64,000 nt of DNA, taken from positions 4,896,001 through 4,960,000 of the forward strand of contig OZ244065.1 of assembly GCA_965215505.1 (NCBI GenBank), given 5' to 3'. The translations under genes were made by a program, and so were the position numbers. The notes beneath the pieces are model-generated. The model made no database searches. It was given only the letters and a program-made list of their open reading frames with translations, and was not told where the DNA came from. Shown here one piece after another: positions 57,232 to 64,000 of the stretch (position 1 is its first letter; the number at the start of each line of letters is the position of its first letter). Source of the stretch: Capsulimonadaceae bacterium. GTDB lineage: Bacteria; Armatimonadota; Armatimonadia; Armatimonadales; Capsulimonadaceae.

Positions 57232-57588
57232 CTACCCCAGGGCGCGCGTTACCTGCACCTGCTTTTTGTCCAAGACCTTCAGGTCATCGTAGCCGACCAG
57301 GACGTGCCGGTTGCCGATGCCGAGGACGTGATCCCCGAGTGACAGCACAGCGAAATGAGGCAGGCGGGTGTGCGGGTCTACATAGAGGTCCTCCACCTTC
57401 CCCACGCTGTTCCCCGTGGCGTTCACCACGCTGAAGCCGCGCGGGTCGCCCATGCCCGCCCCGGCAACGCTGCCCGACTGCACCTTGCCCTTGCTCTCCT
57501 TGTCCCGCTTCTCCATCTCACTCAGCAGTTCCAGGATCGCCGGCCCGTTCAGCCGCGCCTGCTCGTTGTATGTCTCACCCGTCGCCAT
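57232..57588 (-). CDS. PRC-barrel domain protein
   Basis: GFSVVNATGNSVGKVEDLYVD...LGIGNRHVLV; GAGGAG RBS. Confidence 0.8.
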   Translation of the reverse strand: MATGETYNEQARLNGPAILELLSEMEKRDKESKGKVQSGSVAGAGMGDPRGFSVVNATGNSVGKVEDLYVDPHTRLPHFAVLSLGDHVLGIGNRHVLVGYDDLKVLDKKQVQVTRALG

Positions 57589-57737
57589 TGGCGTTTTCTC
57601 CTCTTCAGCCTCGCTCTGCTTGCTTCCCCTCTTATTCCCCGATGAAAAAGCGGCGCAAACGCAGGAATCCCCGCCGCCCTCCTTGAACAAGCCGGAAGCA
57701 TCACCGAGAGATCGCCACCGAGAAGAGGATTTGCACA

Positions 57738-58493
57738 ATGGCTACGCCGCTTTCCATCCAGCTTTACACCCTGCGCGATGAAGTGCAGGGCGACTTCGCC
57801 GCCGTCCTGCGGCGGGTCGCCGAGATCGGCTACAAGGGGGTCGAGTTCGCCGGGCTGCACGGGCACTCGCCCCAGGAGCTCGCCGGCATCGTGGGCGCCC
57901 TGGGGCTGCAAGTCAGCAGCAGCCACGTCAGCCTGCCGACCGCCGAGACGATCCGCCAGATCGCCGACACCGAGAAGACGCTGGGCAACACGCGCCTTGT
58001 CGCGGGGCTGGGGCCGAACGACTTCCAGACGCTCGACGACTGCAAGCGCGTCGCCGAGCGGTTCCAGACGGCGGCGGAGCTTGCCCACGCGGAGGGCCTG
58101 ACCTTCGGCATGCACAACCACTGGTGGGAATTCGAGACGCGGGACGGCGTGCTGGTCTACGACCTCCTGCTGGACAGCGCCCCGGACATGTTCAGCGAGC
58201 TGGACATCTACTGGGCCGCCTATGCCGGCGTCTCCCCGGCTTCCGTGGTCGCGAAGCACGGCGTGCGCCTGCCCCTGCTGCACATCAAAGACGGCAGCCT
58301 GGAAAAAGACAGCGCCATGACGGCCGTCGGTGATGGCAAGGTGGACATCGCCGGGACGATCGGCGCGGCGGACCCGGACGTCCTGCAATGGCTGATCGTG
58401 GAGCTTGACCGCTGCGACACGGACATGTGGGAGGCGGTACGCCAGAGCTACGCCTACCTGACCAAGAAGGGCCTGGCGGCGGGCAGCAAGTGA
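57738..58493 (+). CDS. Sugar phosphate isomerase/epimerase (xylose-isomerase-like TIM barrel)
   Basis: IQLYTLR, GYKGVEFAG, HNHWWEF, ELDIYW and HIKD motifs. Confidence 0.88.
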   Translation: MATPLSIQLYTLRDEVQGDFAAVLRRVAEIGYKGVEFAGLHGHSPQELAGIVGALGLQVSSSHVSLPTAETIRQIADTEKTLGNTRLVAGLGPNDFQTLDDCKRVAERFQTAAELAHAEGLTFGMHNHWWEFETRDGVLVYDLLLDSAPDMFSELDIYWAAYAGVSPASVVAKHGVRLPLLHIKDGSLEKDSAMTAVGDGKVDIAGTIGAADPDVLQWLIVELDRCDTDMWEAVRQSYAYLTKKGLAAGSK

Positions 58494-58548
58494 TAGCCGC
58501 GTTCCCAGCCCCATCCCCGCCCCCAAGAGGTGCTAGAAAAGAGACGAC

Positions 58549-59397
58549 GTGAATCAAGACGTCAGTAATCAAGATGCCGGCGCGGAGTTCGTCCGCGCCT
58601 ACCCGCCCGCAGAGCCCGGCCCCGGCCCCGCCCTCTGGCTGCCGTTCTTCAAGGGGGAACTGCTCGCCCGCAGTGAGGGCGGACATGTCCGCCTGCATCA
58701 AGGCGACCGGGAGAGCGTGGAAAGGCTCGGCCTGACTGACCCGCTGTACCTCGGCACCCTGGGCGGCCTCCCCTGCCTGGCAGCGGAAGCCGGCCCGGAC
58801 ATCGCCATCCCCGAAGGCTGGGCCGCGACCAGCCTGCGCGCCCTGTTCGGGTCGGTGAGCGACCCGGAGTACCTGCTGACGGGGTACGCCTCCCAAATGC
58901 TCTACTGGCGGCGCACCAGCGGCTTCTGCCCCGTCTGCGGGCACCGCACCGAGGCGCGCGACGGGGATTGGGGGCGGCGCTGCCCGAACTGCGGCCATGC
59001 GGCCTATCCGCACATCTCGCCCGCCACGCTGATTCTCATCCACGATGGCCCGCGAATCCTCCTGGCCCAGAAGCCGGGGTGGGGGACGCGCTACAGCATC
59101 CTGGCCGGCTTCGTCGAGCCGAACGAGTCTCTGGAAGACTGCGCCCGGCGCGAGACGCGCGAGGAGGCGGGCCTTGCGATCACCGACCTCGCCTACGCGG
59201 GCAGCCAGCCCTGGCCCTTCCCGCACCAGCTCATGGTCGGCTTCACGGCCCGCTATGCCGGGGGCGAGATCGTGATTGACACGGCCGAACTGGAGCGGGC
59301 GGCCTGGTTCGATGTCGGCGCGCTGCCGGACCTGCCGCCGCCGGTCAGCCTGTCCCGCCAGATGATCGACGCCTGGGTGGCGAGTCAGAAATCTTGA
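58549..59397 (+). CDS. nudC: NAD(H) pyrophosphatase NudC
   Basis: FCPVCG/CPNCG zinc ribbon; AGFVEPNESLEDCARRETREEAG Nudix box; SQPWPFP. Confidence 0.92.
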   Translation: MNQDVSNQDAGAEFVRAYPPAEPGPGPALWLPFFKGELLARSEGGHVRLHQGDRESVERLGLTDPLYLGTLGGLPCLAAEAGPDIAIPEGWAATSLRALFGSVSDPEYLLTGYASQMLYWRRTSGFCPVCGHRTEARDGDWGRRCPNCGHAAYPHISPATLILIHDGPRILLAQKPGWGTRYSILAGFVEPNESLEDCARRETREEAGLAITDLAYAGSQPWPFPHQLMVGFTARYAGGEIVIDTAELERAAWFDVGALPDLPPPVSLSRQMIDAWVASQKS

Positions 59398-59496
59398 CGG
59401 CCGGAACTTCGCTCCGCACGGAAGCGTATGGGTGGTAATAGAAGCAAGCGGACTGCTGTACCCCCGCCTTTCGGGCTTCTTCCTGGAGGCGAACCC

Positions 59497-60135
59497 ATGT
59501 CACGGAAAGGCTTCACGCTTATCGAGCTGCTGGTCGCCCTCGCGGTCCTCGCCGTTTTGGCCGCTATAACCCTCAGCGTCTTCCGCTCCGTCCAGGAGCG
59601 GGGCCGGCAGACGGTCTGCCTGAGCAACCTCCGGCAACTCGGGATGGCTATAAGCGCCTACGCCCAGGAAAACGACCGCCTGCTGCCGCCCTACAACTCA
59701 GTGGGGATAGAGACGGGCACCGGCCGGGCGATCCCGGGACAGGGCGCTCAGTTGGTGTCCTGCCTAACCCCTTATACGCGCGACCGCGACATCTGGTTCT
59801 GCCCGACGGACATCTACGCCCGGACCTTCACTGCCGCGCGGGTGGACCAGCCTGACGTTCACGGGCATGTTAACCATCTCTACACAAGCTACGGCAATAC
59901 CCTCGACTGGTACTCCCCTGGGTTTATACTCGGCAAGCAGACGATTGACTGGGCAGGCTCAAGTTCGGAGCAGGCCGCACCGGTGCAGGGCCCGCCGCTG
60001 CTCACGGACGACCTGTGGTATTTTCAGTCGCATACCATAGATGGGACTCCAGATCTGCCTCCGCCGTACTCACACAACGGCCGCTTCAACTTCCTGATGT
60101 TTGACGGTCACGTTAAGAGCCTCAGTTGGTACTAG
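59497..60135 (+). CDS. Prepilin-type N-terminal cleavage / H-X9-DG (DUF1559-like) protein
   Basis: GFTLIELL, CLSNLRQLG, FCPTD and HNGRFNFLMFDGH motifs. Confidence 0.88.
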   Translation: MSRKGFTLIELLVALAVLAVLAAITLSVFRSVQERGRQTVCLSNLRQLGMAISAYAQENDRLLPPYNSVGIETGTGRAIPGQGAQLVSCLTPYTRDRDIWFCPTDIYARTFTAARVDQPDVHGHVNHLYTSYGNTLDWYSPGFILGKQTIDWAGSSSEQAAPVQGPPLLTDDLWYFQSHTIDGTPDLPPPYSHNGRFNFLMFDGHVKSLSWY

Positions 60136-60213
60136 TAGCGGGTTTTAGAACGTCCGGCATGGTCCATAGGTTTGCCGTGCCGCTATCTCAAGCGTGTCAC
60201 GAGGGGGAGTCAG

Positions 60214-61047
60214 ATGGACAGTATCAAACCCGGCCGCGAGCGGGGCGGTTTCACGCTTATCGAGCTATTAATTGCTGTCGCAATCATCGCGATAGTCGCC
60301 GCCATCCTGTTCCCCGCCTTCTTCTTTGTCCGCGAGAACGGGCGGCGGACGATGTGCCTTTCCAACGAGCGGCAGCTTGGCATGGCCGTGCTGGCATATG
60401 TGGGCGACAATGACGACGCTTTCCCACTCGGAAACGGCTCCGGCGTTGCGGGCTGGGCGGCGCAGTGTTATCCTTATACGAAGACCGCCCGCCTTTACAA
60501 GTGTCCTGATGACCAGACCTCGGTGGACGGGTTTCCCGGTGCGCTTGTGGATTCCTACGGCTACAACTCAAACCTGACAGCTTTCCAGACGTTCCGGCGT
60601 CAGAGTGTGCATCTCGCGCGGGTTTCTGCGACAGCCAAGACCGTGCTGCTGTTCGAGGTCAGGGAGTGCGTCATCGGACTTCCGCCGGCACCTTTGGCCG
60701 TCGGGTCATTCTCCGCCCAGGGTGTGGGGGAAGGGCCGTGTGGAAAAGAACCAAATCAGCCCGTTCAGTGCGAGACGGCCCCCCAAGATGGCTTTGGAGG
60801 TCTTGGTGCCGAGTACGCGACTGGCAACATGGGCGGGAAAGTCTTGAACAATGGAGCGGGAAGCCTTGCGCGCCACCGAGGCGGGGCCGATTTTGTAGCC
60901 TGCGACGGCCACGCCGTCTGGCTCAGGTCTGAGGATGTCTCCTGCGGCGTGGCCGTATCAATTCGCGGTACGGACGCGGACCAAGCTTATGGCATTGCGG
61001 CAGGCGCGAGCAACCCAAAATACCAGATGAGCTTTGCCACGCGGTAG
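60214..61047 (+). CDS. Prepilin-type N-terminal cleavage / H-X9-DG (DUF1559-like) protein
   Basis: GFTLIELL, CLSNERQLG, CPDD, SYGYN and HRGGADFVACDGH motifs. Confidence 0.88.
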   Translation: MDSIKPGRERGGFTLIELLIAVAIIAIVAAILFPAFFFVRENGRRTMCLSNERQLGMAVLAYVGDNDDAFPLGNGSGVAGWAAQCYPYTKTARLYKCPDDQTSVDGFPGALVDSYGYNSNLTAFQTFRRQSVHLARVSATAKTVLLFEVRECVIGLPPAPLAVGSFSAQGVGEGPCGKEPNQPVQCETAPQDGFGGLGAEYATGNMGGKVLNNGAGSLARHRGGADFVACDGHAVWLRSEDVSCGVAVSIRGTDADQAYGIAAGASNPKYQMSFATR

Positions 61048-61079
61048 CCGCCTGACGCCTACTGCGAGTGGGGCCGACG

Positions 61080-62174
61080 TCACTTCGCCGCCTCTTCCGA
61101 CAGACGCCGACTCAGCAGGGCCATGACGGCTGCCTCCTCGGGCCGCAGGGAGTGGAGCGAGTCCACGAGTTCCTGCTCGGCCCGCTGCTCCAAAGCGTGC
61201 AGCATTGTCCCGTCCAAATACATGTCCAGTACGCCGGGGTGGACGTAGCACTTGCGGCAGATGGCGGGCGTGTTGCCCAGCCTCTGGGCGACGGCCTTGA
61301 TCGCCGCCGTGACGTTTCTCTTGGCCTGCGTCGCCGAGTCGAACGCCTCAAACTCCTGCAAGGCGAGCGAAGCCAAGACGGTCCCGGCCCAGGTGCGGAA
61401 GTCCTTGGCGGTGAAATGCTCACCGGTGATCTCGTGCAGATACTCGTTCACGTCCGACGAGTCAATCGTGTGCCGCGTGCCGTCGTCATCGGTGTACTGG
61501 AAGACCTCCTGCCCCGGCAGGTCACGCAGGCGCTGGACGACGCGGGCCAGCCGCCGGTCCTTGACGTCAATCGTGTGTTCCTTGCCGCTCTTGCCCACGA
61601 AATGGAAGTGCAGCGTCGCGCCCTCCACCTCCACATGCTCGTTCTGCATCGTGGTCAGGCCGTAGTGGTGGTTCTCCTCGGCATATTCCTTGTTCCCCAC
61701 CCGGATCAAGGTCGTCTCCAGCAGGCGCACGACCGTCGCCAGAACCTTCGCGCGCGTCAGCCCGTGCTGGCCCAGGTCGCGCTCGACCCGCGCACGGATG
61801 CCGGGCAGGGCTTCCCCGAAGGCCATCATGCGCTCGTACTTGGTTTCATCCCGCGTCTCGCGCCAGCGCGGGTGGTAGCGGTACTGCTTGCGGCCCTTGG
61901 CGTCGTGCCCCGTCGCCTGCAAGTAGCCGTTCTCCGACCGGCAGATCCAGACGTCGGTGTAGGCGGGCGGGATGCCGAGCGACTTGACGCGCGCCAGCGT
62001 CTTCTCATCCTCGATGACATGGCCGTCCGGCGCGACGTACCGGAAGCCCTCGCCGTCCGGCTCGCGCCGGATGCCTGGTTGCTTGTCGGTGACATAGCGA
62101 AGCCCGGCGGCCTTGACTTCTTCGGGGGCGGAACCCGCCGTGGCTGTGGAGATCAGAGTAGGTGGTGTGTTCAT
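61080..62174 (-). CDS. Bacterial DNA topoisomerase IB
   Basis: IPPAYTDVWI, GRKQYRYH, IRVGN, GKSGK, KDFRTW and LGNTPAICRKCYVHP motifs. Confidence 0.92.
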   Translation of the reverse strand: MNTPPTLISTATAGSAPEEVKAAGLRYVTDKQPGIRREPDGEGFRYVAPDGHVIEDEKTLARVKSLGIPPAYTDVWICRSENGYLQATGHDAKGRKQYRYHPRWRETRDETKYERMMAFGEALPGIRARVERDLGQHGLTRAKVLATVVRLLETTLIRVGNKEYAEENHHYGLTTMQNEHVEVEGATLHFHFVGKSGKEHTIDVKDRRLARVVQRLRDLPGQEVFQYTDDDGTRHTIDSSDVNEYLHEITGEHFTAKDFRTWAGTVLASLALQEFEAFDSATQAKRNVTAAIKAVAQRLGNTPAICRKCYVHPGVLDMYLDGTMLHALEQRAEQELVDSLHSLRPEEAAVMALLSRRLSEEAAK

Positions 62175-62217
62175 GGGAATGACTGTGGTGTACCCAAAAA
62201 CCGGGAACTTTTCTAGG

Positions 62218-62246
62218 TTGACAGACATTGTGAATAATGGTACAAT
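62218..62246 (+). promoter_or_regulatory. Near-consensus sigma70 promoter
   Basis: TTGACA-N17-TACAAT with a TG extension. Confidence 0.85.
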
Positions 62247-62274
62247 CTAGTTTGTGAAAAGAGGCACAAAGTCA

Positions 62275-62400
62275 ATGATGCTCCTGCGTCCCCAAATGTC
62301 CGCGTCCGGTTTCTTCCTCGGCGCTTTCCTTGCCGCCACCGCCGCCGCCGTGAAGATCATCTTCCTGAACGAGATCGAAGAGCGGCGCGAATACCGGTAA
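62275..62400 (+). CDS. 41-aa small membrane protein (below the ORF-track cutoff)
   Basis: AAGAGG RBS; MMLLRPQMSASGFFLGAFLAATAAAVKIIFLNEIEERREYR*; G/C-ending codons. Confidence 0.65.
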   Translation: MMLLRPQMSASGFFLGAFLAATAAAVKIIFLNEIEERREYR

Positions 62401-62424
62401 ACTCGCCACTTCGGAGGCCGCCCA

Positions 62425-63378
62425 ATGACGCATCCGCTTTCCGGCTATGAAGCCCTGCACCGGCCCGATGGCCTTGCCATCTGGGACCGCACGCCGCGTG
62501 GCCTTTTGGAACTGCGTGGGTCGGACCGCCACACGTTCTTGCAGGGCATGGTTTCCAATGACGTGTTCGGCATCTCGCCGGGCACAAGCCGTCACGCCGC
62601 CCTGCTGGATAGTACCGGACATATTCTGGCAGATCTGCACGTCTATGCCTTCCCCGACGCGCTCCTCATTGAGACCGATCCCCCCTGTCTTGCGATCCTG
62701 CACGGGACTTTGGACAAGCTGCTCATCATGGAAGACGTCACGCTGACTGATGTTTCCGATGCGTGGGCCATCCTGTCCGTGCTGGGCGAGGGCGCACGGT
62801 CACTGACCGATCTGCCCGGCGAGAAGTCTTCCCTCGCCGTCCCCCTTGCTCCCGGCTTTGACCTCTGGCTCCCAGTCGCCGAGCGCGAGTCCGTCTGGGA
62901 GGCGCTGACTGCTGCCGGCGCGCTCTCCCTGGACCATGCCTCCGCCGAGGCGCTGCGCGTCGAGGCCGGCATCCCCGCCTGGGGACACGAGCTTTCCCCG
63001 TCTGTCCTCCTGCCCGAAGCCGACATGGATGATGCCGTCTCCTACACCAAGGGCTGCTATGTCGGCCAGGAGATCGTCGCCCGACTGCATGCACGAGGTC
63101 ACACTAACCGTTCCCTGTGCCGGATTCTGTTGGCCGAAGACGCCCCCGTGCCGCCGGTCGGCGCGACGGTTCATGTCCCCGAAGACGGCCCCGAGCCGGG
63201 CCGCGAGATTGGGCGCATCACCAGTGCCGTCGCCTCCCCCAAGCATGGCGGCCAGTCCCTTGCCCTGGCCTACGTCCGCAAGGAGTATCTCGCGGATGGG
63301 ACGTCCGTCTCCATCCAGATCGAGCAGCCCGGCGGCCTGATGTTCGCGTATGGCGGGACCGTCCTCTCCCCGGCATGA
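62425..63378 (+). CDS. YgfZ/GcvT-family folate-binding protein
   Basis: FLQGMVSND, LRVEAGIP and SYTKGCYVGQEIVAR motifs. Confidence 0.9.
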   Translation: MTHPLSGYEALHRPDGLAIWDRTPRGLLELRGSDRHTFLQGMVSNDVFGISPGTSRHAALLDSTGHILADLHVYAFPDALLIETDPPCLAILHGTLDKLLIMEDVTLTDVSDAWAILSVLGEGARSLTDLPGEKSSLAVPLAPGFDLWLPVAERESVWEALTAAGALSLDHASAEALRVEAGIPAWGHELSPSVLLPEADMDDAVSYTKGCYVGQEIVARLHARGHTNRSLCRILLAEDAPVPPVGATVHVPEDGPEPGREIGRITSAVASPKHGGQSLALAYVRKEYLADGTSVSIQIEQPGGLMFAYGGTVLSPA

Positions 63379-63433
63379 GCGCCGGGCGGAGGGGCAGGAG
63401 GAATTTTACCCTCCTGCCCCGAACCTGCCCCGC

Positions 63434-64000
63434 ATGGCAACTCCAACACTCGAAACCACGCAATTTGAAGGCTGGGACAGCGTCCGCCTCAGCAACGGTG
63501 ACGCCGAGATCGTCGTCACCACAGCCATCGGGCCACGCATCATCCGCTACGGGCTTGTCGGCGGGCCGAACGCCTTCCAGGTCATCCCCGAAACACGCGG
63601 GCAGACCGGCGGGGCTGAATGGACCCCCTACGGCGGGCACCGGCTCTGGCACGCGCCGGAAGTCAAGCCGCGCTCCTACCACCCGGACAACGAACCCTAT
63701 CCCGTCCCGACCCTGGATGGCGGCAAACTCCGCATCGCCTACGGCACGGAAAGCACGACGGGGATTGCCAAGGAGATGAACGTGACGCTCGCGCCGTCTG
63801 GACCCGCGGCCCGCATCGAGCATGTCCTGACCAACCACAACGTCTGGCCCATCACACTCGCGCCGTGGGCGCTCAGCATCGTCGCGGGCGGCGGGCGGGT
63901 CGTGCTGCCGCAGGAGCCGTTCGTCTCGCACGACGACGAACTGGCCCCCGCCCGGCCCCTGGTCCTCTGGAAATTCACCGATATGGCCGACCCGCGCTGG
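63434..64000 (+). CDS. Hypothetical protein (DUF4380/mutarotase-like), runs off the window
   Basis: MATPTLETTQFEGWDSVRLSNG...IGPRIIRYG...YGGHRLWHAPE; no stop before the window end, so absent from the ORF track. Confidence 0.75.
   Translation, partial: MATPTLETTQFEGWDSVRLSNGDAEIVVTTAIGPRIIRYGLVGGPNAFQVIPETRGQTGGAEWTPYGGHRLWHAPEVKPRSYHPDNEPYPVPTLDGGKLRIAYGTESTTGIAKEMNVTLAPSGPAARIEHVLTNHNVWPITLAPWALSIVAGGGRVVLPQEPFVSHDDELAPARPLVLWKFTDMADPRW

Noticed and set aside
59497-62174. Tandem prepilin/H-X9-DG genes and bacterial topoisomerase IB as novelties
   Set aside because: Both are described families, and nothing in their arrangement here is unusual.

Overview
GC-rich bacterial chromosomal window. 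The gene content (prepilin/H-X9-DG proteins, VPEAST-type PEP-CTERM tails) suggests Armatimonadota; this is inference. The centre (about 24.1-53.2 kb) is an exopolysaccharide/exosortase locus: gmd/fcl, Wzc, Wza, exosortase, EpsI, a PPIase, two paralogous PEP-CTERM genes, several glycosyl-, acyl- and methyltransferases, Wzx, a Wzy-like protein and a secreted beta-helix protein. Seven sigma54-type -24/-12 promoters are spread through it. The most striking unexplained signal is a structured RNA of about 155-165 nt that starts exactly at the predicted sigma54 +1 of both PEP-CTERM genes and shows compensatory base changes, including a loop-loop pairing. A variable islet at 15.2-20.3 kb holds an IS630-interrupted aspartic protease, an orphan ParD-like antitoxin, a compositionally mosaic ankyrin-AAA ATPase fusion coupled to a MazF/PemK toxin-antitoxin pair, and a GTAG-type REP cluster. 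Three IS elements (two IS630, one IS4) have ends that can be read directly. The rest is housekeeping and accessory genes (GH15, PgeF, LexA, NudC, topoisomerase IB, YgfZ-like and others). I saw no rRNA, tRNA or CRISPR array. All family assignments come from motif recognition by eye, not from database searches.
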